A stretch of DNA of 64,000 nt from Raillietiella orientalis (Eukaryota): contig JAYWIR010000007.1 of the NCBI GenBank assembly GCA_036172245.1, positions 2,542,001-2,606,000 of the forward strand. The letters run 5' to 3'. The stretch's first letter is position 1; every line of letters begins with the position of its first letter. The notes beneath the pieces were generated by a model, which searched no databases, had not been told where the DNA came from, and saw nothing but the letters and a program-made list of their open reading frames with translations. The translations under genes and the position numbers were made by a program. Below are positions 1 to 13,244 of the stretch, piece after piece.

Positions 1-1059
1 AGAGAGAATTGCAGGGAGGAGGGAAGAGGAGATGAGGAGAGCTTTGGAACCGGCGCGAAGCAGTGGATGTCCTACGAGAGGAAAATCAAGCTGTGTAGGA
101 AGGATGGAATGGAGCACCTACAGCTAATGAGTCAGGAAATCAGTCCTCAGGACATTTCAGATGCCCTCACGAGAGCCTCAGCTCTTGGCCGAATGACCTT
201 CTTTCCTTTACTTTCCCCAGGGAGAATGCGGTGGTAGTAGGGGCGCGCGAGGAGACGGGGAAATCGGATCCTACGATTACGCTGGCAAAGAAAGAATGAA
301 GAAGGGAAACAGCCCACTGTATCCATTTTTCTCTCCTTCCTGAAGTAGCAGAGCAACAACTTTCCTCCCTAGTCCGACATCCCTTCACCGAGCACGCTCT
401 GTAGCGTTCAAGCATCCGCACGCAAGTTGCTGAAGGATGCGTCGTTCTCAGTTCCCACCCTCGGACATCGTTTCTCACCTCCCTTCTCTCCCCAGCTGGG
501 GTGAATTATGGACATCGTATTTGCAGTTTCCTCCTCCCTCCTCCCCCCTTCCCACTTCTTCGCTCCGTATGCTACGATTTGCACGGAGAGACTGACGTCG
601 GCGCGGTAGCAACCCGAAGGTGAGAAGGTGCAGTTACCTCGGGTCGAGGTCGTATTTGCTTCCTAGGTAGGCGAGTTGGGCAGGCGTGTAGCGGAAGCTC
701 CTAGTGTCCAGATCAAACTGGCTGAAGGAGCACGGCACTGAGTTGTTGTCTGCAGGAGGTTTCACAGTAAAAGACCGAAGGTGCAGACTCGTCGCAGCTC
801 AAGACATTACCTGGAAGTTTCCAAAGCTGGTGCCCATCTCTTCCAAGGAGATGTAGAATTTCTTCCGGTCCGCAGGTGTTTGGGAACCTCGAAACTAAAG
901 CAAGGGAGTTTCTGTCAGCCTGGTTCGCGATCAGTGCAATCGTGACCTGACCTGCCCCCCTTGGTATGATTTAGAACATTGAGAATTGCAGAAGACAACA
1001 AATAAACGGAAGAACGCGCTTTGAGCGAAAGAACAACAGCATCTACTCTTCCGCTCTGA

Positions 1060-1860
1060 TCTTCATGGGTAAGTCTGTCGGCCAGATGTAACTTGGGACC
1101 TCAGCGTGAGAAGTGAGAGCGATTCGGAAGGGTCGGCCTACTCAATTTTGCCAACACGCACGCAACACGCCTCTTGGCCCAAGACACTGTCGTCCTAAAA
1201 TGCAGTTCCCGCTGCACCCCGTGCATTCCATCGTGATTGTTCATTCTCTATCCCGAACACTGTGTTTCCTTCATGTCTTAAGCAAGACCACTTTGGCAGT
1301 GATCCGCAGATCTTCTCTTTGCTGCACCTGAAGAAATGGCGGGGTGATCTCGGTTTCCACCTGCCCCGATTCTTGTCATTCTGATGGTTTAGCGGCTATT
1401 GCCAAATTCAAGGTACTCCCATGATCTCTAGCCATTCGCGGGGCGAGTGTTGACGTGCGACCTCATCACTAACGTTGCTTCCCGTTTTTTAAAGAAACTG
1501 AGTCCATGTTTGCCACCATCTTTGACTCAAGCCCGAACAAAGGAATACGGAAGATTTGCACCAGAAAAGAGGAATCAGTGACCAATCGGAATGCCTTCCT
1601 CGAAGGTCATCGAGTCCTCAAAGATGCGCAGACCACCTCTGGTGAATCCTTCCCTTTGATCCCCAGATCCTTTTCTCCATCGTTCTGTAGGAATCTCCAT
1701 CTGGAACGCGCTTCTTGGTCCCGTTCTTGAATGGCATTCAGTTTTGATTTCACCCTTGAGAAGCTGCTTTCGGTCTTTCTTCCAGGATGATTGGGGCTTG
1801 CATCTTGTGACCTGCGGAGAGCGTTCAAAGCCCAAATCTTAGCATCAGTAGGTGAGGAGG
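1060..1860 (-). mobile_element. Highly decayed Tc1/mariner (maT-like) transposase remnant
   Basis: Broken minus-strand frames give 'NDGEKDLGIKGK' (cf. KEDLGLKAYK), 'NHDGMHG' (cf. QQDGAPAH) and 'PSYIWP' in the order expected for a DDD/DDE transposase. Many stops and frameshifts; no TIRs seen. Confidence 0.3.
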
Positions 1861-2717
1861 ACATTTCTGAAACTTTCTTCAACACCTTAGGAGGACGAGA
1901 AAGAGGAAACAGAGAGTGAGCAAGAATTCACGAATAAGAATTTGTTAGGAACAGTGTGGTGCCTAAAGGGAATATTCATTTCCAGAATCTTCGGAGCTTC
2001 AGAGGCGAGGTACAGATGCTCCCCATCGAGGAAACATCAGAAATGCGTTTTTCACGCTGATCAGGCGGAGGTAGTCCGGATTTATTTGCAGGTCACACCG
2101 AATCCAGGCTATCGTACTGTAAGTCCTAAGTAAATACGTGCAGATACGTGCAGGACCGTGAAAGACCACACACGCACACACAAAAAAACAAGCTGTCACA
2201 GGAAACACCGCTAAACCAGTGCATTATCTTGAGACGATGGTTCCAAGCATTTTTCGTAAGACAGAAAGGTCGGACGAAAAATGCTTGGAACTTTCCCTTA
2301 AATGAAGTGACAGGAAGCAGGGATTTCAGGCAACCATTGCGTGCAACTTTTGGCGTCGTTGCTCTACACAGTGATGAATTCAAACCCCAAACTCAACTGC
2401 TGCCTTCTAACGAACTGTCGCAGATTAATCGCCATTCTCGAACTTTTTTCTCCTTTGCCGGAAAATCTGCATGAAAAAGGGAATAAAAATAAAATAAAAA
2501 TGAACTCTGCTGCGCTCAGAAAGCTTTATCGGTACACTAATACAGCGGGGCACGTAGAACTGGAAGACCAGAGAAGTTCGTTAGGAAAAAAAAAAGTTGC
2601 ACTTTCTATATCGCGAAAGACAAACAGAGATCGTTCGCGATTTTTCTGATCCACTCCGAGGAACTCCCGAATGGATTCTCAGAGAGACCAGCTGCTAAAC
2701 AGAAACTCTGAAATTAG

Positions 2718-5700
2718 TCAAAAATCCTCACATTCTTGCGGCACAAATAAAGGGGTACAGGTCACAGGTGCCAACATCTGGGAGACCACGTCAAAGAGCG
2801 AAGGATTCATCTGGATGATTTCCCTGTAGAATTCCGTGGTGTGAAAGCTAACAGGCGTGAAAAATCTGATCACGCAATCGTGGTAGATCCAATTCTTGAG
2901 CGACAAAGTCCAGTCATGCTAAAAAAGATATTCCCTATCACACGGAACAAGCAAGAAGTCATAGATGGAGAGATAATTAAGAGGAACACAACACCGATCC
3001 CGGACGGTTTGTGGTCTTCCTAAGGTTTCAGCTATGAGATGGCCAACTTTGCTGACCTGATGCCTAACTCGCAAAATAAACTTTTTAACTTGCCATGGTG
3101 GCTGCTCGGGCAATCTCACATCATCCGATGCAACGCCTCCACGCAACCCTCAAGGCAGGGTCGGTCGCTTCAAGGAAAGCGGCGGGAGAACCGAAGGGTG
3201 GGGGCAGGGAGGGGAAAGCATTCTCTGTAATACGGAGGCATAGAGTCATGAGATTGCAGAAAGGTTGAATTTGCACTTGACTTGCTTCAACAGCCGTAAG
3301 TAATCCAGTGACTTCAGTATCGTGTAACTTGAAATACGATGCTTGAGTTTGGGTGGTTTTGCCACGGATGGCGCCGTCGTCGCTTCATTCATAGGTTTAT
3401 CGTAAAAGTCCTACCTTTTTTCCATGTGCAAGTTGTAGGTGGCATGGAAAGTCTTGTGGAGTTGTACATTATCAAGATAGAGAGGCAGGAAGTTCCCGTG
3501 ACGGAAAATCTTGTCGTTCTGTTTCGGCCCCTCACGCAACACCAGCGAGGAATTCCGTGGGGAGTCTTTCGGTCATGTCCGTACACGTCGATACGGTCCG
3601 TGTTCTTCTAACCCTGTACCGCGCCACCAGAGGGTGCGTGTTAACTCTTCAAGTTAGGGGATCCCCTGGATCCCAAGACCATCCTGTGAATTCAGGAAGA
3701 CTCCGGAGGAAGATGTCCTTTCCTCTTACGCTTGAGAGGTAAACATCAAGGGAAATTCTTCCTTATTCTCTCCAGAGAGACCCCCCATAGGGGGCCGCTC
3801 CTCATTTTCTTCTCCGAAGGGAACCCGGAAAGGAACCGCTCCTGGAATTTCTTCTCTTGAGGGGACCCGCAAGGGAACCACTCCTTGCTTCCTCCCCTGT
3901 TTTTTCCCCGAAGGGAGCAGCTCCCATTCTGGAGAGGTTTCAGCTAGCTCCATGGTGCTCGATAGAGGGTTTTTCTTCGAGGGAGGGGGCGGCTCCATTT
4001 TCACAACCGGAGGGGCTGCCAACGTGGGATGCGATCTCAGGTTTTGTTTCTTAAAATGTCCAGGCCACGCCTTCTGACTCATGTCATCGAGGAAAACTTC
4101 CAAGAAATCACCTCGAAAAGGGACAGCAATCGATGAAGAGTCCGTTTAGGTAACACGCTCGATATCTAAGAGTCTTCAAGACACCCAGCTAACAAGGTGT
4201 TTTTTTTTTTTTTAACACAGAAGTGACAAAGAGAAACAAAAGTATCAAAGAGATACTCAACTTCAATTTTGTTAACAATAATCTGATTCATGAATCCGGG
4301 AATGAGAGCCACGTCTTTTAACGAGATGTACGGAATTTCCACATCATTCCTAACGTACATAGGCGAGAACTTGGCAGGGGTGAGGAATTTGTAAGTTCTG
4401 AAATCCATATCTGTACAACACACGTACATAATTCAGGAAGTTGCAAGCACAAGACTACAAACCGATCATAGGGAAGTGACGCAACCTCATTTGGAAGCTG
4501 GAACCAGGATCCGTATCGGTTTGGATTATAGTGGTATTGTAGGAAGAGTAGCAGATTCCATACACTGTCATCATGCGTTCGGCGAAGATTCTTTCGCAGC
4601 ACTCCTTGCTTCCCAGATGCTGCATTCCAGACGGTCGGCATTCGAGGATCATTTCCTCGCACCTGTCAACAGAAACATCATCCGAATACTGACCATATCA
4701 GTGCTGAATGGGATCTGCGTCTTGAAGAGTTGTCGAGGCCTATCTTGATTTTGTTTAGGAGTGAAGCTTTACGTACTTGACGCTCATAGACTCGAACAGT
4801 TGTTTTGCGTCTTCTCGGAACAACTTGACGAAATCGACGTACCATTCTTTCAGACTTTTCATCTTGCTTAGGGTGTGTTCATTTGACTCTGACCAGAGAC
4901 CCATCGCAATCAGTGCTAAATAATTGGCTTGCTCTGAGGTCACATTGAAAGCTAGAAAGCAGTGGGAGAGATCTTTAATCGGCGCACGCAGATTAGTGAC
5001 AAAAGACAAGGCCTTAGGATTAGCTCAGTGACGGCCATGCTCAAAAGTTTCAGAAGTCGTTTGTCAAATCTAATTCTATGTCCCTAAAAGAGCTCAAAGG
5101 AGATGGAAGTCCCTTTAAAGTTGACCTTCAGTCCTTTCAAACTCCTCAGCACAAACTCCCTTGTCGAACGTCGAGCAGCACGCGCCTATCGCATGCACAC
5201 ATGCAAAGAACTGAGTACGCGTCTACGCGTGAACTTTGCCCTCACTCAATCGCCTGAAACTTTCTTTTGCACACGTGTTCCGCCTTGCCAACTGCTTCTC
5301 GTATTCACCTCTAGGTCACTTTCCTCTCGAAGTGCGCGCTGCTTCGCCTCTTCGTGTCCCTTTCCCGCTCGGGCCAGGCAGTGTACCGCAATTACCATAT
5401 TCTCCCAAGGGCTCCCTAGTAGAATCCCACAACAGGCAGGCTCTGCGATCTTGACAAGCAGCTTGGAAGGTTTCATGGAACTCTCTTCCTCCAACGAGAC
5501 AACAGAAAGCGAATGTGGAAAGGAAACAAAAACAAACCATGTGAACAACAGCAACGTCTTTTGTTAATAAGAAAAGCAGTTCTGAATCCAGGAAGGGCTC
5601 GGAGTCCATTCCTCTCGTGCTTGGGGAGGGATCTCCCCGCAGGGGGGGTGGGGGGGTGGATCGCACCTCCCACCCTGGTTGTCTCCGAAGGGGCAACCCG

Positions 5701-8002
5701 AAGGGAATCTCCTTCCTCATTCTCTCCGGAGGGACACCCCCCTCTAATGGGGAGGGGCTGTCCTCTCAATTTCAACTTCTCCGAAAGGAATCCGGAAAGG
5801 ATCCGCAAGTAGGAATTTCTTCTCCGGAGGGAACCCTCAAGAGAACCGCTCCTGTTCACTCCTCTGAAGAGAACCCCGAGGGGGCGCTTCCGAAACTCAG
5901 AAGGGGCGCTGCAGCTTCCCGCAGGGGGATCGCTCTCGCTTGCTTCCTTGCACTCTTCTGGAGAGGTGGCGGCGAGGTAGAAAGAAGGATGGAAAACAGT
6001 GGGAAGAGGTGCAAAGTGGTGAACTGTTAGTTGTTCTTGTAAGTACGATTTTTTAAGAAAAAGGATGGTTCAAGAAAGCAAGAAACCGAACTCAATTACA
6101 CATTTGGTAAATAAAAAAAGAACACACACACACCAAATACATTTTTAAAATAAATCATTTGTCTGCCAAGTGAAGCATACTTTTTGCTTTTATATTTCGA
6201 GAACGCATTCAAAATACCGACAAATGAGAAATGATTTTATCATCGAACTTTTTGCGCGTGCACCCTCCAAACTCTTTTAGCATGTCGTGCGGTGACGAGG
6301 TTCTTTAGAAGGAACATTTAGAGGTGGGACTCGCTTACGGTCGAGCCTTAACACGCATCGCGGGTTTCAGCACCATCTCTGGATATGTCGGATCGAAAGC
6401 TCATCTTCCATCGATCCTCATCCGCGTTCTATCCCGAGACGAATTCCGACCCATCGGTGAAATACGCGTGCGGTGCATCCGAGGGGTCCGACTTGATTTT
6501 GTTGGCTTCGACTACGCGGGAAACACGATGGGCGCTTTTCGGGATGGGTGTGTCGGTCTCATGCAACCAGCGGGAACAACCTGCAAGCCGCATGCTGAGC
6601 GAGGAGTTCCTAGCAAGATTCTGTCTGCTTCTCCGTAAGACGTTTGTCCCTTTACTCTTCGGGAGTACGGGAGAGCGTCCACGTGCTTCTGGAACGTTTG
6701 ATGCGATTCCACACAGCTGATAAAATAAGCGGGTGGAATAATTTCGAACAGTTTTCGCATTCCGAAATTGGTGAGCACCCGATCACCCTATTTTTGGAGC
6801 AATTCTCGAATTGCGATACCCATGGCAAGGATATTCTTTATAAGCAAGGCCTATAGGAAATTCCATCTACATTAAAAGTGCCCAAAGCACTTAATCTCTT
6901 TTACACTTTTCTCTTAAACTCTTTTCTATGCAAACAACCGCTCGAGTTCACTTCACCTTGCGTTGCCTTGAGCACTTTTCCCCCCCACCGTGCTTTCTTC
7001 CGGGAGAATTGGCTCTTGCTTCCTCTCTTGTGCCGCCACGAAGAAGCAGGAATTTTTTCTGGGAGCGCCTAAGATCAGTCTGCAAAGAACATGACGGTCT
7101 CTTTGCTCCTGGACCGATCCGGTATCCGCTGCGCACGCGTTTTGCACCACCTTGCCTGCCAAGGTCGTGTAGTGTGTTTGCAATACCATGCAGTAGGAGT
7201 ACACTACATTCACTCACGTACTAAGTACACAGTTATGTACACGTACTGTGAACATCTACATTTCTGCAGAGCAATCTCCTCTAAACATCCCTAGGTTTGC
7301 ACCGCCAAGAAGTGACGTAACTTGTGGCGATTTGCGATCTGGATGCAAAGCCTACCCTAATCCTTGCTTTCCTTGATTCTCTCTGACCTCGGTGCGCACA
7401 GGAAACGCGAAAAAAAGTCGCACGTTTTAAAATGATATACAAGAACTGCGTCCACCTCACACACTGATGCTTTGATCTTTGAACAGTCGCTCGAAAGTTT
7501 GCACCCAGGGATTAGGGAAATCCTCACCTCGAATCGCAGAAGGACTAAAAGGATAAGATGGACATAGTATAACGAAGGGATATACGATCGAATCCTGGTC
7601 CAGTGTGATGATTTTCACTTCAGAAAATGCACTAGGCACTTGGTCCAAATATAACCTTCTGATCTGATACCAGCACAAGAATACCATGCACACGAGGACC
7701 AGTACCCAGAACATCTTCACGGAGGTTCTCTGGGAATGGTAGAGGTGAACATAGCCATGGAATGTGGTGGTTTCCACGAACGTCTGGAAGCGGCTACGAA
7801 AGTCCTTTTGTTTGTAAAACAGGTCTAACACAGATTTTTTGCTTGAGTTGTTTTTTGAAAAGAAATGGATTTTGTTTTTTCTGTGGACACAACTTTTCTT
7901 CATTGGAGATAAATCTTTCCTAAGAACTTTCATGCCTTTGGGGATTCGCAACATTTTGCACTGAGCAAGACACGAGCAGCTCTGGGGTCGTCCATTGTGC
8001 AC
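2718..8002 (-). CDS. DEG/ENaC (amiloride-sensitive channel family) subunit, paralog A; multi-exon, 3' part incomplete or disrupted
   Basis: Exon ending 7528 encodes FVETTTFHG (HG gating motif), TM1 (MFWVLVLVCMVFLCWY) and YPFVILCP. GT-AG exons 4951-4777 (AFNVTSEQANYLAL...), 4662-4463 (CEEMILEC...CCERIF...TVYGICYS) and 4410-~4262 (DMDF...VEIPYISL...IPGFMNQI) join in phase. Further homologous blocks at ~3400-3260 (RISSYTILKSLDYLRLLKQVKC) and 2960-2780 (VPCDREY; CVIRFF...SLFDVVSQ). Start codon and TM2 exon not identified. Confidence 0.8.
3600..4035 (-). mobile_element. SINE-like repeat, headless partial copy (body and tail)
   Basis: Shares cgccaccagagggtgcg, gggaacccggaaaggaaccgctcc and ttcacaaccggagggg blocks with the 10539-11272 and 23353-24109 copies. 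Confidence 0.75.
5575..5970 (-). mobile_element. SINE-like repeat, internal partial copy
   Basis: tgaatccaggaagggctcggagtcc...ctggttgtctccgaagggg...aaccgctcctgttcactcctctgaagagaaccc...gcactcttctgga aligns by eye to 23540-23820. Confidence 0.8.
6300..6830 (-). mobile_element. Decayed Tc1/mariner transposase N-terminal (HTH) fragment
   Basis: Minus frames give 'SAVWNRIKRSRSTWTLSRTP' (cf. STVYRAIKRFKETGSLEDRP) and 'RWKMSFRSDISRDG' (cf. RKMAKELGISRDS). Confidence 0.35.
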
Positions 8003-10538
8003 GTGTCTTCACCAAGTGAGCAGCAGCACATTCCAGACAGCTGCCATTGCCTTGGTCAAAAATGAGGATTACACAGCATCTGCAGAGAGTTTAAGACCAA
8101 AAAAAAAAAACGCTAGTAAACCAATGGGAAATCGATTTGTTTCCCTATTCTTCCTTCTGGTGGTAATGAGATGGCGTCTTATGTTTACAATCCTATTATC
8201 AGCAAACTCATCTATGAATTTGTAATGAGGGAAAGTATGAAGTTGATGAAGGAGTCGCCGTCCTCATTCCGCGGCTCTATCCGAAAACAACGAATCTCCG
8301 GGAGAACCGGGAGAGACCAAACGCTGCCTCCGCAGCGCGGAGGCTCCTTCGAAGAGCCACGGTTTCGTCAGCTTTATTCCTCGTCCTCACCTCTCTGTAT
8401 GGCACGGAGCTCCTGGATACGATCGAGAGGGTTCGATGGAAATCTGGCGTCCTGAGAACATCCCATTCCCCGAATCACCCGTTTAAGAACTGGCTGGCAC
8501 CCTCATGAAAAATGCAAACTGAAAACAGAGGAACGATCCACGTTTTCCTTCCACAGCCCTGCCGTGCGGCATGGTCTAATCTAATTTCGGAAGTGCAAAC
8601 ACTACAATGTGGTCTTCTTGTGGTTTATAGATGCTCAGTGATCCGGAGGGCATGAATGGATATGATAAAACATCCATGCAATTTATATAATTTCATAATT
8701 TCTATGTAGGTGGATGGATGTGACCTCAAGTAAACACTGCAGCATTATATGAACTGATTCGTGGCGACATTTTTCTTTGCAAGTTATGAAACCTATGCTG
8801 TGCTGCCGGCTTGGTGAGTGAAACTGTTGTGCCAGCAATGTCCTAAATGTAAGAATGGAACGTGTCTTCTGCAACTTCGAGTATGGAAGCAAGAAGGCTT
8901 ATAAATCACAACAAGCAAGAGGTCACATTAGTTTCGCAAGGCACGACCATTTTCTGGTAGGTGAGCTGCATTCTAGGATGCTGTTGGGGCTGGCTGACTT
9001 CTGTGGCCTTTTGATGGCGTTTTGGCACTCCTGCGAAATCGGGTGAGGCGGGTTCCATTCTGTCTATGACGCTGCGGAAGCTAAGCAATCAATCATAGCA
9101 ACCAAAACACTGGCTTCGAGAAGCAAGCTCCATTGAAGATGGGTTATTGAGCTGAAAAAGTGAAAGGGAGTCGAAAGGATTGAAAACGATGCAGAGGGTT
9201 TGATTTTACAGCTGCCAGATGAAAGAAGCGCCAGTGCGATTCAGTGCTTGCAGAAGATGGTTTGACAAGGGAGGACGCAAGGCTGGACAGTGAGAATGAA
9301 AAGTGAATTCAAATACATGTCGAAGGTTTGCTTCTGCTAAATTCGGCTATCCATGTGCTAATGTGCGAATAGGGTCCTTGTTAGTGGTTTAGATTCCGAA
9401 GGAATGGATGGAATTCCAGGTTTTTTGAAAGCAAATCAGCTCGTTTGAAAGGTTAATCATTCCGAACCGCTTGAAAGAGCCACTTGGAAATTCTTCTCAA
9501 CTTCCTTTCAGTCTAGGACGTCTAGGATTGAAAAATCGTTTTCGAAGTTGAACTCGTAGTACTAACAGGCAAAAGAAACAAAATAAATAAAATATAATCA
9601 GGAATAAAGAGTAATAAAACTGGTGGTGAAAAGCTGGTGCATTATTTGTGTTCCAAAAACAAAAAAGTCAAGTGCAAAGTACAAATAAATGAGTATGCCC
9701 ACGGGAACGTACATACTCAAGTACATGCAGCACTTTGATGCCCAGCATTAGAAATAAATGAAATCGTCTAATCAGGGCATTTTTTGAAGTGGATACAGCT
9801 TTCAATCTCGGTTTAAACACGGTTTCAAGGGAACAGCTAATTCTAGGTGAAGAAGCGATCGTGATCGCAGAGAACCACTAAGTGTGCCTTCTGAGGGAAG
9901 ACTCTGGTTTCCGCTGAAGTTTAAAGGAGTCCATGTATGACTTTCAAACATCCTTGCAAACAGTAGACATACAGGCTCATCTTGAAAAACTCGGTAGCTA
10001 TCTCAAGCTAAAACATTATACATAATTAATCCAAAAATTAAGGTAATCCAACGTTTATAATTGATAAAATGGGATTAAAATTTGCTGCCACACATAATTT
10101 CTTGTACATTAACTAAGAAGTATGCACGTGGTGACATAAACAGGAACTTCAATTGGTGTCTTCCAAAAACTGCACATCGTAGGACGAGTTTGTGCGGTGC
10201 TGCTACGTAGCATCCTCGCGAAACGCTTCTTGGACGCTGGCTATCCCCAAGACAACGACTGAAACGTTGTAAACGGAATCATCCTTGTCTAGTAATTGTG
10301 GTGTGTCTTATGAATACTATGTAGCATGTCAGGAAGAGCTACATTCACCAGTTCCATGCACGGATGATGTCTTGAAAACGATGAATATTGGAAGGGAAAT
10401 TTCTACTAAACTGACATACCGTGAACACTAGGGACAACAAAAGCGAGTCCTTTGCATCTCTTTCTTAACTTAGTATACTTTGTACATTACCTTCTTGTAC
10501 ATGCATACTTAACGATCAAACAAGATTCACAAACTTTA

Positions 10539-11272
10539 GCCCGCGTCTGAGGCCGTGTGGTTATGGTGGTCTCCGCGCGTGGCACCATGCGTCGTGGGTT
10601 CCGAGTTCACACCACAAGACGACGCTGGCTGGCCTACATTCATCCGGGTGCGGCACTGGTAACGGTTCAAACCGATGCCCCCGATGAGGGTCGGGACAAA
10701 TGGGAGTAGATCTCCAGGGATCAAGAAGTGGGAGCTTCCCTCCGGTTGTGAAGGAGCGAACCCCCCATTCCGGGGGTGGACCCCTCCGCGTCGGACTGAT
10801 GGAGTAGGTGTGTCGCCACCAACTGTCCAGAGAGTGCAGAGAAGCGAGCCGATCCCTCCGGGGAAGCTGCGTCCTTCTGAATTTCGGAAGCGTCCTTTCT
10901 GGGTTCTCTTCAGAGGAGTAAACAGGAGCGGTTCCCTTGCAGGTAGATCCCTCCGGAGAAGAAATTCCAGGATCGGATCCTTTCCGGGTTCCCTTCAGAG
11001 AAGAAAGAATGGAGCGGATCCACCCGGGGTCCTCTAGAGAGAATAAGGAAGGAGATTCTCTTCTGGATTCCCCTTCGGAGACAACCAGGGTGGAGGTGAT
11101 CTCCATTTCCGGGGATCCCTCTCCAGGCGTGAGAGGAACGGACTCCGAGTCCTTCCTGGATTCATAGGGCGGACCCCTCCCGGGGTATCCCTATCTTGAA
11201 GAATTACTCACACTCGGGTGGCGTGGAACCGTGTCGAAGAACTGCGAAGACAGAAAAGAAAGGATTTCCATT
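10539..11272 (+). mobile_element. tRNA-headed SINE-like element, apparently full length (~730 bp)
   Basis: Head gcccgcgtctgaggccgtgtggtta...gggttccgagttc carries A-box-like and degenerate B-box motifs. Colinear over its full length with the reverse complement of 23353-24109. GC-rich insert in AT-rich flanks. Confidence 0.8.
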
Positions 11273-13244
11273 AACAGTAGTCACCTTAAGGTATCACAAT
11301 AACTCCACAGCTTCCCAAGCACTTTATCTACACGCAATTTTGAAATATATTTTTTAGTGAGAGCCAAACTTAAAAGTAATCTCAACGTGGTCACTAATTT
11401 TGGGGCAAAAATCTGGGTCACATTCACTCATAGCTCGGTCTTCCATTTTTTTCAAGAGAATCGCAGCATTGCTCACGCATTTTTCTTTTCCTTTATGATT
11501 TTTTGCCTCGCGGAATACTCTTGATGATTTCGACATTCCTTAGTCATTTCCTCTTGTTTTTTGTCCACCAAAGTTCCTGCTCGAAAGCAGCAAGTTCGAG
11601 GACTTCCTAGCAAGTAATATAATCCCCTAAACGCACTTGTATTTGCCTGTGATTTCATTCTTCTTGTTTCCTTATTTTTCGCCTTAATCAGTCTTGGATC
11701 CGATTATGAAAGAGCAACACAATGCTGTAAGAGAATCAGTCGAAAACCACGAGCCATTGGGACATTTGAAAATCGAACGTGGATGGGGATTCTTGGAGCG
11801 TTCGTTTGTAGATGAGCAGTAACTTTACTATAATTTCTGCTTAATTAACTATACAGATCTTAGGCATGCTAGAAATGGAGCGAAAAATCGCTCTGCATTT
11901 GGAAACGGGAAGCGGAAGCACTTTTGAGAACGGGAGTACCGACAAGTATGAACTAAAATAGATAAAATCGCAGGACTGGATACCCTCCTCCTCCCCAAAG
12001 ACTATGCGGAAATACTTCATCAATATTTAATTGACCACAGTAATAAAACAATCCGAGAACCTGGAATTCTGAATGGAATTTGGATGTATTTTCAGTGAAC
12101 CTTGAATGCATCGTTTCTAATTGTTAGTTCATTAGTAAAAACCACGACTGGCATTAATGCTATCGAACTTCAAGATCTAGATTTACAAATACCGTTATAT
12201 TCTCATTCTAAGAACTGCTTTCTGCTTTGTTTCCTGTCTTTTTTCTTCATCATGTGTGCTTACTAGAAGACATTCATTCACCGGCACTGTTTTGAAAAAC
12301 TCAGAGGCCTCATTGGCCAATCTCGAAGAATGCCATTTTCTGGGCAATTCCGCTTTCCATAGATCTGAAGAACTCCAGAAGAATCCAGAAGAAATGACGA
12401 GCAATGACTCCAGATGTCATGTCAGCTGAACTTGAATTAAAATCTTCAGTTATGAAAGGAAAAGCGAAAAGAGCACACGCGCACACACTGAAATTGACAA
12501 GCATAGCGGAAACGGAAGTGTTTGTTGATTTGCATTCCTGATCTGGAATATTGCTTTCTGGGCTGCACAACTCGAGCCAATAATAATGTTATGTATGCAT
12601 TTCACACCCGAAAATGCATATCTTCTTCTTATAGTTACATATCTTTTTCTTAATTGCATCGAATCTGACAGAATGGTTGGGGAGTATGTGTTTGCTGCAC
12701 CGGAACCGTAATAGGTGAAGCAAGAAAAAGATACAAAAATGAGAATTCCATTTCTGTGTCGTTTCACTTCCTGTTCCTTTCACCCGAAACTGAATAACTT
12801 AATTAGGTGATAAAAAGTTTAGGTCATAATAACAATCAATCCTGCAGCCGGTTCCCTGAAGGCAATGGGAACGATGAGCAGTCTCCATAGTTTGTTCGTG
12901 TTTCATAAAACACCTTGCACATGATATCCTGGGAGAGCCAATTATTTGCAAAGAGTGGTGTAGCTGATTTCATGCCAGTGAGGTATGCCTCAGCCACCGG
13001 TATTGAATCTTTTTGCCTTCGCTTCCCAAGCAGCAGCTAAGATTTTCGGCGTTTTCAAGCGCCACCAAATAAACAAAAACGAAATATCCTTGAAGGCGTG
13101 CGTGCACCGCCTTAATTGATTCTATGCATGTGTGGTTTGGTTCAGAGTATCAGCATCCAACGCGCCTAAATGTTTTGGTTCTTTCACATCAGTTGTGTCG
13201 CCCACTCACTTTCGACACCCGGTGTCTCGAGCCTTGGTGTGACC

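Noticed and set aside
215..290. P-loop-like VVVGARETGKS
   Set aside because: Isolated in a stop-ridden frame with no Walker B or other NTPase context.
10539..10612. tRNA gene (also 24040-24109 and 20095-20163)
   Set aside because: A/B-box-like motifs are present, but there is no convincing cloverleaf or acceptor stem and each continues into the shared SINE body.
11300..13100. Possible minus-strand gene divergent from GGCT
   Set aside because: Several short protein-like frames, but I could not assemble a consistent splice path or recognise a family; needs RNA-seq.
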